This document shows, one piece after another, positions 46,212 through 53,865 of a DNA stretch of 64,000 bases. Under the pieces are notes generated by a model, which saw only the letters and a program-made list of their open reading frames with translations, had not been told where the DNA came from and searched no databases. The DNA is from Syntrophales bacterium (GTDB taxonomy: Bacteria; Desulfobacterota; Syntrophia; Syntrophales; UBA5619), in assembly GCA_040765725.1 (NCBI GenBank), contig JAXGRQ010000008.1:3217-67216 (forward strand). The letters run 5' to 3'. Numbering within the stretch: position 1 is the first letter of the stretch; each line of letters starts with the position of its first letter. The translations under genes were made by a program, and so were the position numbers.

Positions 46212-47006
46212 GTGCGGGAGATTCTGCAAAAAATACAGGTTCATGTGCCCTTCCATCTGCTTTGGGATAAGCTGTGGTCCTGGGTGATTCGGGAGGGCGT
46301 CAACCCGGAGATCGCTTTCAGCCACCGGGATCTAGACCGTTTTCAGCCGGCGGATTTTCGGGAAATGGCGAAACGTCTCGGCGATGCGGGCCTCTCGATC
46401 ACCTTTCATGCCCCCTTCATGGACCTGAGGCCGGGGGCTTTCGATCCCCGGATCCGACAGGTCTCCATTGAACGTCTCCGCCAGGTTTTCGATCTGATTC
46501 CGTGGTTCAGACCCCGTTCGGTGGTCTGCCACCCCTCGTTCGATGAAAAATACTATATCTCCGCGGAGGCCCGGTGGGTGGAAAACAGCCTGTCCACCTG
46601 GCAGATGCTGCTCGCCGACATCCAGGGAACGGAGACGATCCTTGCGCTGGAAAATGTCTATGAAAGGGATCCCAAACCGTTGAAACACCTGCTCGACGCC
46701 CTGAACTCGCCGAAGGCCCGTTTCTGTTTCGATACCGGCCATGCGAACGTCTTCGGCCGTGTCCCTCCGATTTTTTGGATCGAGGCCCTCGGCGATCGGC
46801 TGGGCGAGATTCACATCCACGACAACGACGGAAACATGGATGAGCATCTGCCGGTGGGTGAGGGGAACATCCCTTTCCGTGAACTCTTCGCCAAGCTCCG
46901 CGGACAGAATCTCCGGCCGATCCTTACCGTGGAATCCCATTCGGAAAAGGGTCTCCAACGGATGTTGGAGAACCTCCGCGCGATGAACCTGCTGGAAGGT
47001 TTCTGA
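46212..47006 (+). CDS. sugar-phosphate isomerase/epimerase / AP endonuclease 2 TIM barrel
   Basis: TFHAPF, LALENV, CFDTGHA, IHIHDN...DEHLPVGEG. Confidence 0.85.
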   Translation: MREILQKIQVHVPFHLLWDKLWSWVIREGVNPEIAFSHRDLDRFQPADFREMAKRLGDAGLSITFHAPFMDLRPGAFDPRIRQVSIERLRQVFDLIPWFRPRSVVCHPSFDEKYYISAEARWVENSLSTWQMLLADIQGTETILALENVYERDPKPLKHLLDALNSPKARFCFDTGHANVFGRVPPIFWIEALGDRLGEIHIHDNDGNMDEHLPVGEGNIPFRELFAKLRGQNLRPILTVESHSEKGLQRMLENLRAMNLLEGF

Positions 47007-47049
47007 CGGATTTTTGACCGCCGGACGGGAAAAGAGGTAAGGGGGAGGC

Positions 47050-48024
47050 ATGCTTCGCTATATCGCCAAGAGACTTCTCTTCATGGTTCCGCTCCTGTTC
47101 GGGATCACGGTCATCTGTTTTACCGTGATGCACCTGGCCCCCGGCTCCCCGACCGACCTCCAGACCCAGATGAATCCTCGCGCCTCCGTGGAAATGAAGG
47201 AGCGCCTCCGGTCCATGTACGACCTCGACAAACCGCTGCCCGTGCAATATATCCGGTGGGTCGGGAAACTGGCCAGGCTGGATCTCGGCATTTCCTTTTC
47301 CACGGACCGAAGGCCGGTTGCCGACAAGATTCTCGAACGGCTGCCGATCACGATCCTGCTGAACGTGCTTTCCATGCTGCTCATCTTCGTGGTGGCCATT
47401 CCGCTCGGGGTGCTCTCTGCGGTCCGCCAGGATTCGCTCTTCGACCGGGTGACGGCCGTCATCGTCTTCATCGGTTTTGCCGTGCCGACCTTCTGGCTTG
47501 CCCTTCTGCTGATGATCCTGTTCGGCATCCATCTCGGCTGGCTTCCGATTTCCGGGATCCGTTCCCTGAACGCCGAGTATCTGCCGCCGGCCATGGCTTT
47601 CTGGGACCTGATCCGGCATCTCATCCTGCCGGTGCTCCTCGCTGCGTTCGGCGGTCTGGCCGGGTTGTCCAGATACATGCGGGCGAATATGCTGGAGGTG
47701 ATCCGTCAGGACTATATCCTGACGGCACGGGCCAAGGGGCTTTCCGAACGGGCGGTGATCTATCGCCATGCGCTGCGAAACGCCCTTTTGCCGGTCATCA
47801 CGATTCTCGGTCTGTCGATTCCGGGACTCATCGGGGGGAGCGTCATCTTCGAGACGATCTTCGCCATCCCCGGAATGGGCCAGCTCTTCTACATGGCGGT
47901 GATGGCCAGGGACTATCCGGTGGTTATGGGAATCCTCTTCATCGGCGCCGTCCTGACGCTGTTTGGGAACCTGATCGCCGACGTTTTCTACGCGCTGGCC
48001 GATCCGCGGATCCGGGTGTCCTGA
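47050..48024 (+). CDS. peptide/nickel ABC transporter permease (OppB/DppB-like)
   Basis: [11 protein letters not shown] (EAA loop), [23 protein letters not shown]. Confidence 0.92.
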   Translation: MLRYIAKRLLFMVPLLFGITVICFTVMHLAPGSPTDLQTQMNPRASVEMKERLRSMYDLDKPLPVQYIRWVGKLARLDLGISFSTDRRPVADKILERLPITILLNVLSMLLIFVVAIPLGVLSAVRQDSLFDRVTAVIVFIGFAVPTFWLALLLMILFGIHLGWLPISGIRSLNAEYLPPAMAFWDLIRHLILPVLLAAFGGLAGLSRYMRANMLEVIRQDYILTARAKGLSERAVIYRHALRNALLPVITILGLSIPGLIGGSVIFETIFAIPGMGQLFYMAVMARDYPVVMGILFIGAVLTLFGNLIADVFYALADPRIRVS

Positions 48025-48033
48025 GGGGTGAGC

Positions 48034-48867
48034 ATGGGAAGCGATTTCAGGAAAAGATTCATCAGAAACCGGATGGCGGTCGCGGGGAGCCTCATTGTGA
48101 TCGTTCTGTTTGCGGTCTCGCTGTCGGCGCCCTGGCTCGCCCCCCATGATCCGAGCGCCATCGACCTGAAAAATGTCCTTACGGGGCCTTCAGGAGAGCA
48201 TCCCTTCGGGACGGATCCGCTGGGACGGGACGTTCTCTCCCGAATGATCTGGGGGGCGGGGATCTCTCTCAAGGTGGGTTTCGTGGCGACCGGAATCTCC
48301 ATCCTGATCGGGACGATCCTCGGCGCGCTGGCCGGCTATTACGGACGCTGGGTGGACGCGGTGATCATGAGGTTCGTGGACATCATGCTCTGCTTCCCGA
48401 CTTTTTTTCTGATCCTGGCGGTGATCGCGATTCTGGAGCCCTCCATCTGGAACATCATGATCGTGATCGGCCTGACCGGATGGATGGGGGTGACGCGGTT
48501 GGTCCGGGCCGACTTCACCTCCCTCAAGGAAAGGGATTTCGTTCAGGCGGCGCGGGCGATCGGCGCCGGGGACCTTCGGATCATCTTCCTGCACATTCTT
48601 CCGAATGCGATGGCATCGGTACTGGTCACTGCCACCCTGGGCGTGGCGGGGGCCATCCTGACGGAATCGGCGCTGAGCTTCCTCGGCATCGGGGTTCAGC
48701 CGCCCACGCCAAGCTGGGGGAATATCCTGACGGCCGGCAAGGACAACATCGACATCGCCTGGTGGCTCTCCCTCTATCCGGGACTCGCCATCCTGATCAC
48801 CGTTCTGGGCTACAACCTGCTGGGCGAAGGGATCCGCGATGCCCTCGATCCCAGGCTCCGGCGGTAG
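48034..48867 (+). CDS. peptide/nickel ABC transporter permease (OppC/DppC-like)
   Basis: HPFGTDPLGRD, FVQAARAIGA, ESALSFLGIG, PSWG. Confidence 0.92.
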   Translation: MGSDFRKRFIRNRMAVAGSLIVIVLFAVSLSAPWLAPHDPSAIDLKNVLTGPSGEHPFGTDPLGRDVLSRMIWGAGISLKVGFVATGISILIGTILGALAGYYGRWVDAVIMRFVDIMLCFPTFFLILAVIAILEPSIWNIMIVIGLTGWMGVTRLVRADFTSLKERDFVQAARAIGAGDLRIIFLHILPNAMASVLVTATLGVAGAILTESALSFLGIGVQPPTPSWGNILTAGKDNIDIAWWLSLYPGLAILITVLGYNLLGEGIRDALDPRLRR

Positions 48868-49097
48868 CGGGTGGGGAGTACCTTTGGTATCCCGGCACAC
48901 TCAGTTGATGCGTGCATCTATTTCGTTCACAAGTCTTTAGCCGAAGGGATTCTCCATCCCTGATCGTTATTTATTGAAGTCAAGGATTTGGGGGAATATT
49001 TCTTTGTAGCAGCTTTGGATTGGTAATGTGCAGGCCTGGATACGGATAAAAGGAGGGTTTGGAATGCCGAGTGTCGTGTCACAAAACGCGGTAATCG

Positions 49098-50240
49098 CTA
49101 CCTCTCTAAATATTGCTTCATGGAAGTATGGCCTGAGCGAAAAAAGTCAAGACTGCTACATCCCTTGTTTCTAAGGGTTTGGCAGACACTCAGTAACATT
49201 AAGGAACCCCTTAATCCTGCTTCTGTTGAAGACCCACCGATAACGCGGCGCATTGTGGCAAATCCCTTGATGGCGTTCTCTGCATTATTGTTGTTCCAAG
49301 GGATACCGTTGTGATCAAGAAACGTAAATAAACGATTCCTGTTCTTTGCAAATCGTGTTTGGTATTTCCGTGTCAACTCCGATATTCCTTCACAATCTAC
49401 GTAAGCACTGAAAAACTTCTCTACCTCCCTTTTATGCTTTGAAAGAAACCGTTGTTTCAATCCGAATCGATCAATTGTGACAATTATAGGTTTCAGAAGT
49501 TCACCAAATTTCTGTACAAATGCCTTGTATTCCAAGTCAAACTGGTTTTTGAAAAGATCGTCGTTAAGATCACGTATCAGATGCACAAGACAGCGTTGTT
49601 GTTCGCATTCAATACTCTCGTAGACCGGGAAAAAATCAGATACAAGAACTCCATGGAATCCTCGGAGGGTTTCCTCCTCAAGAATGGCACCTTCCCTTGT
49701 AGGCGAATAGACGTAGGCAACTTCATCTAAGTTGGTAAATACCCATACATAAGCAGTTGATCCCTTCACGCTAACATTTGTCTCATCAACATGTACAAGG
49801 TGGCCTCTCTGTATGCCGTAAAGAATTTCCTCATAAGTATCGCGGTATGTTCGTACTGCTCTCCTTTTTAGAACAGGGATAACGCTACGCCAATTGAAAT
49901 GGAACCCAAAGATATCATTCAATCCCTTTCCGACATTTTCCTGGGACTGACGAAGACCTATATTTTGATAAACTGTCCAAGCAACAAGACCATTCCCAAA
50001 TCTTTCACTGGTTTCAGGATGTTCACTCGGATAAAATGTCTTCTTGCATATTTGGCAGATGAACCGATGATTCCAATATTCCACCACCCACCGTTTTACT
50101 CCAGAAATGGAGAATTTAAGATCATATATGATCCGATTGTATCGCCCGTGCATAAAAACTTCACTACTTGCGCAAGTTGGGCATTTACGGGGCCTTGCAG
50201 AGATGATCACTTTGTTAACCCGCATCTTTCGTGGTCGCAT
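49098..50240 (-). CDS. IS66-family DDE transposase domain (C-terminal part of a probable fusion)
   Basis: Zinc ribbon CPTC...CQIC, VHVDET, VLVSDF, QRCLVHLIRD, PWNNNNAENAIK. Confidence 0.85.
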   Translation of the reverse strand: MRPRKMRVNKVIISARPRKCPTCASSEVFMHGRYNRIIYDLKFSISGVKRWVVEYWNHRFICQICKKTFYPSEHPETSERFGNGLVAWTVYQNIGLRQSQENVGKGLNDIFGFHFNWRSVIPVLKRRAVRTYRDTYEEILYGIQRGHLVHVDETNVSVKGSTAYVWVFTNLDEVAYVYSPTREGAILEEETLRGFHGVLVSDFFPVYESIECEQQRCLVHLIRDLNDDLFKNQFDLEYKAFVQKFGELLKPIIVTIDRFGLKQRFLSKHKREVEKFFSAYVDCEGISELTRKYQTRFAKNRNRLFTFLDHNGIPWNNNNAENAIKGFATMRRVIGGSSTEAGLRGSLMLLSVCQTLRNKGCSSLDFFRSGHTSMKQYLER

Positions 50241-51525
50241 CCTGATTTTCTTCTGGCTCTTTTTTTACCTCATTACTGGTGCGCCAGAATATTTTCTCAT
50301 GTTGGTAATCGAAATAGGCACAATTATTTATGAATTCAAGTTCAGGAAAAGCAAAGGTGTTCTTTCCCCATCCATATAAATTCTGCCGCTTCAATTTCTC
50401 GCAGAGTATTACTGACTCCGCTTTTGTTTCTTCAGCAAACTTTTTAAGCTGTGCGACAAGAAGCGCCAAAGCCTCGCAATCTTCATGGTTATATTCCAAG
50501 ATCCGGTCCTTAAATTCTTCCCCAAAATGCTGTTCCCATTGTAAACGCCAAGTGATGCTCTGCATTCCAGATGCTTTTGCATCCCTCCAATGAAAATCGA
50601 GAAAAGTCCCTATCTCTTTAAGTCCATTGCCATAAGAGGGGAAATATACTTTTCCATAAAGGAGGGATAAGGTGTTTATCAGGCTTTCACTCACCGGGAT
50701 CCCATTCAAATTGCCGTACTGGACTTGCATTTTCTTTACAAAGACGCTGTCGTAATTTCCGTGATGATAAATAACGAAATCTTCCAGCTTATCAATTACA
50801 TCTATAAACTGCCTCCAAATCTTTTCTTGGTCATTTTCTGAATCGGCCCAGAACTGAAAAACTTTCCTTTCTCCTCCCTTAATAACGAGTAGGCCAATCA
50901 AGTATACAAAGTCCCTATCAGGTAATCCCTCAATATCGAGAAAAACGAGCGTGCTGGGGGTGGACAATTTAGGCTGCTCAACTATGTAGGTTTTCTTTTC
51001 TCGAATTGCAAGCGCCCTAAGCGCATAGTTGTTCTTTACCGTAGGGACAGTCTTTCGTGACCGCCTCGGGCGAAATGTGTAGCTGAGTTGCGTAACAGAA
51101 AAGATTCCTTTTCCGTTAAATTTCTTCAGCTCTTTGTCGGAGATTCCGCTTAACAAACTCAGGTGATCTATTTCGACTGCTTTTTTTCGGCATGACCCGG
51201 AGAACGTGCATTCTGAACAATGATTATTCAAACGGAAAAAAGCTTCTTTGTCGGCGTCAATCATCCTCTTCACTTCTCGAATGGCCTTTTCGAGAACAAG
51301 TATTTCAGGAACGAGGTTGACTGTGATTCGCTGTTGGGAAGTGCCGACAATTAGGACGCCTCTCTTGGGCAAAACCCCGACTAATTTACCCGTGATTATG
51401 GAGGCAAGGGCAAGAGTTTTTCTCCCTAAGACGGACGGCTTAGTTGACAAAGAAATAAGGAGAGGGGAGTAAGTCGATTGTCGTTCTTCCGACCCAAAAC
51501 TTTTTCGATACCATCCACGTCGCAT
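50215..51525 (-). CDS. TM0106/RecB-like region with Fe-S Cys cluster, HhH and DEDD (RNase_H_2-like) exonuclease (middle part of a probable fusion)
   Basis: HCSECTFSGSC, LSLLSGIS...GIFSVTQL, FLDIEG, YHHGNYD, YNHEDC. Confidence 0.75.
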   Translation of the reverse strand: MRRGWYRKSFGSEERQSTYSPLLISLSTKPSVLGRKTLALASIITGKLVGVLPKRGVLIVGTSQQRITVNLVPEILVLEKAIREVKRMIDADKEAFFRLNNHCSECTFSGSCRKKAVEIDHLSLLSGISDKELKKFNGKGIFSVTQLSYTFRPRRSRKTVPTVKNNYALRALAIREKKTYIVEQPKLSTPSTLVFLDIEGLPDRDFVYLIGLLVIKGGERKVFQFWADSENDQEKIWRQFIDVIDKLEDFVIYHHGNYDSVFVKKMQVQYGNLNGIPVSESLINTLSLLYGKVYFPSYGNGLKEIGTFLDFHWRDAKASGMQSITWRLQWEQHFGEEFKDRILEYNHEDCEALALLVAQLKKFAEETKAESVILCEKLKRQNLYGWGKNTFAFPELEFINNCAYFDYQHEKIFWRTSNEVKKEPEENQDATTKDAG

Positions 51526-51851
51526 TGTAGTTTATGGTATGTAAGCCTGACATTGCCAAATACACTACTGGAAAGCGCACGGAGGTCAGCAGGTGACGAA
51601 AGTGTACCGTTGAAAGTTGCATACCCATCATTATTTGTTGGATGCCATCGTTCTTTCAGCCGTTCGAGTTGATATTTTTGAATAGCTTCTATTTCACTGG
51701 GCGTGTTTGGGCATGATGGAAATGCGATCCGTTGCGCTGCTTTATACTTGCAGTTAGCAAAGTCGACCAGGAGCTCTGGATCAAAAGCAATGTCGGAATT
51801 CATTGAATTCGATCCATGAGCGATGTCTTGACCTGCATTTGTTGAATTCAT
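51426..51851 (-). CDS. N-terminal segment of the RecB/Cas4-like fusion
   Basis: LLVDFANCKYKA (N-terminal Cys of Cas4/AddB type) and CDVDGIEK. Same frame as 49098..50240. Confidence 0.55.
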   Translation of the reverse strand: MNSTNAGQDIAHGSNSMNSDIAFDPELLVDFANCKYKAAQRIAFPSCPNTPSEIEAIQKYQLERLKERWHPTNNDGYATFNGTLSSPADLRALSSSVFGNVRLTYHKLQCDVDGIEKVLGRKNDNRLTPLSLFLCQLSRPS

Positions 51852-51853
51852 TA

Positions 51854-51912
51854 AATCTCTTCGGGTTGTATTCCCCGCAGCTTGCGACGGGGATGATTTA
51901 TTTGAAGAGATT
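51854..51912. repeat. nested imperfect palindrome (REP/PATE-like)
   Basis: AATCTCTTC...TCCCCG-cagcttgcga-CGGGGA...GAAGAGATT. Confidence 0.5.
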
Positions 51913-51957
51913 CGGCAGCATATGAAATGGTACTGCAGCCAGCTATCCTATGAAAAG

Positions 51958-52254
51958 CTATGCAACAACGAACTCGATTTTAACCCGCATCCCAGTTGCT
52001 TCAGCGATTTTTTCCAAGGTCTTAAGAGTGAAGCCCTCATATGCGCCGCTCTCAATCCTCGAAATCGCCTGCTGGCTTGTTCCCATAAGCTTTGCCAATT
52101 CCTGTTGCGATAAGCCTTTCTGATCACGGAGTTCCGCAATTTTCATTGCCAGCTTTAGAGCTTGCCGCTCTTCTTGGTAATGCTTTTTGAAGTCGGGATC
52201 TTTCATGTCTTCCCGCAACCTGCTTTGGAATGTCCGAACTTTGCCTTTTTTCAT
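51958..52254 (-). CDS. XRE/HTH antitoxin (HigA-like)
   Basis: LRDQKGLSQQELAKLMGTSQQAISRIESG; overlaps the toxin stop (ATGA). Confidence 0.88.
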   Translation of the reverse strand: MKKGKVRTFQSRLREDMKDPDFKKHYQEERQALKLAMKIAELRDQKGLSQQELAKLMGTSQQAISRIESGAYEGFTLKTLEKIAEATGMRVKIEFVVA

Positions 52255-52622
52255 ATTTCACCTCCCGTAGGAAACCTCCGCATCCAGTCTTCCATGCGTT
52301 TTTCAGCCAAATCAACATCCTGCTTTTTCAATTGCTGCGTTTTTTTGGAAAAGCCGTGCACCAACACAATCTGATCAAGCATCTGAAAAAAGTAGAGGAT
52401 GCGAAACTGGTTGGAGGTGTAATGTATTCTCAATTCCCTTATTTTACCTCTGACGGTATCAGCATAGGGCCGCTTAAGATTAGGGCCTTGCTCTTCCAAG
52501 AGCGATAGGTATGCAGCAACCTTAGCCCGTGACTTCTTGTCTAACCCGTCAAGAAAATCATCAAGCGGCGAATCGCCCCGTTCAGCCGTGTAGAAGATCA
52601 GATTGTACAAGCACACCCCCAC
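52251..52622 (-). CDS. RelE/ParE-superfamily toxin (HigB/Gp49-like)
   Basis: GPNLKRPY, IRELRI, RILYF, LVHGFSKKTQ; toxin-first order; exact start uncertain. Confidence 0.88.
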   Translation of the reverse strand: MGVCLYNLIFYTAERGDSPLDDFLDGLDKKSRAKVAAYLSLLEEQGPNLKRPYADTVRGKIRELRIHYTSNQFRILYFFQMLDQIVLVHGFSKKTQQLKKQDVDLAEKRMEDWMRRFPTGGEI

Positions 52623-52633
52623 ACTACGGCCAC

Positions 52634-52662
52634 CATATACATCATGTTTGATGTATTGTCAA
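52634..52662 (-). promoter_or_regulatory. TA promoter with palindromic operator
   Basis: Minus strand TTGACA-17 bp-TATATG. The spacer is occupied by the perfect IR ATACATCA-N4-TGATGTAT (52637-52656). Confidence 0.7.
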
Positions 52663-52796
52663 GGGTATCTATTCGTTCAGCCGTTATTGTTTTGTGATTT
52701 CATGATTCCCAAATCGATTCTGCTATTATTGATGCTTTGTTCAACCCTGATGAACCCTAAAGACCTCAATGTTGCAACTGATTATGCCGGACGATC

Positions 52797-53636
52797 CTAT
52801 TTCCCATGCAGGATATCCATCCATCGGATTGCCTCGGTGTCATTGATCTTGCCGAGATAGACCTGGGTGGTCTTCAAATCCTGGTGCCTCAAAATCACTT
52901 TTGATACGACTTCCAGCGGCACACCGTTTCTGCTGGCATATGTGGCTGAATATCTCCGGAGATCATGAGGCGCAATACGAACATTCACTTTCTCGCCCAG
53001 TCGCCTGACAAGTGCTCTTGCCGTTGAATAGCATATCGGGAATGGGCGGTCATCCGATTGCAGGGCCTTATCCCTGACATATTCCGCCAGCTTCTTTGAT
53101 ACATTCTCTGGCATGTAAGCCAGTTCTGATTCTTTACCTGATTTGGGCGCCGGTAACGTAATGGTTCTGTCTGAAATATCCGACACCTTTATCTTCAGCA
53201 ATTCACCGATTCTTAATCCACATCTTGCCTGAAGTTCCAGGATCAGGCGATCTCTCACCCCTTTCGTGTTGTAAATCATTTCATCCACCGTTTCCCGTTC
53301 CAGCATCTTGCGTAGGACCTGCTTTGGCGTTCGATGGAATTTTCTCAGCAGAGACGTGTTACAAGGATTTTTCATGTTCAGTGAGCAACGGTCGATGATG
53401 AAATTGTAGAAGGCTTTTAACTGCGCATACCGGAGCCTTCGAGTAGATTTGGCAAGATCATGTGTTTGCCGTTCCAGAAAGGTGTAGATTTCATCGGGCC
53501 TAATGGAATCCCGCACCGCCCAGCGTAAATCCGTTCAAACTCTGCTGAGTAGATAATCGTAGCCGTCGATGGTCCGTTGTTGCAGGTTTGACTGGAGATA
53601 ATTATTGAACAACCTTATTGCCTCTTGTGTTGTCAT
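52797..53636 (-). pseudogene. tyrosine recombinase/integrase, N-terminus interrupted by an in-frame TGA (53535-53537)
   Basis: Catalytic R (CGLRIGEL), K (PKSGK), HDLRR and LRH...TTQVY are intact. ATG 53636 has an RBS and is in frame with 53516, but codon 34 is TGA. Confidence 0.75.
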
Positions 53637-53709
53637 GGTCCACCTTTTCTTTGTTTTTGAGGTCTTTGGGGGGTTGCCGGTGATTATATCTCAGGCGGAC
53701 CAGATGCTT

Positions 53710-53731
53710 GAGAAATATAAGAGAAATATAA
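53710..53731. repeat. 11-bp tandem direct repeat upstream of the integrase
   Basis: GAGAAATATAA x2. Confidence 0.6.
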
Positions 53732-53865
53732 GACGTGAAAAATGATGCCGCATTCTTGATTCTGATGAATACCCTTTGAACTCAGGTATTTTATTCAATA
53801 TTAGCATTCTGTTGAGTACAGCTATCATCAATCGGATGAACCGGATGAATCCCCATGCGTCGTCC

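Larger units (their letters stand above)
48870..53860. mobile_element. AT-richer genomic islet: tyrosine recombinase + TA + nuclease/IS66 fusion (boundaries approximate)
   Basis: Visible compositional shift between the convergent oppC and hlyC/corC genes. All genes are on the minus strand and are mobility- or defence-related. Confidence 0.7.

Noticed and set aside
48870-48920. attL/attR direct repeat matching 53760-53830
   Set aside because: Only short, weak similarities (GAGTAC, TACC(C)TTTG) that are not distinguishable from chance.
50258-50268. A-AAA-AAG type programmed -1 frameshift
   Set aside because: Reaching the transposase frame needs +1, not -1.
51854-51912. Integron attC site next to a tyrosine recombinase
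   Set aside because: No RYYYAAC...GTTRRRY boxes, and the recombinase lacks the IntI-specific insertion.
53535-53537. In-frame TGA in the integrase as selenocysteine or readthrough
   Set aside because: The position is not Cys-like or catalytic, and the neighbouring frame reads more plausibly across this stretch, which points to indels.
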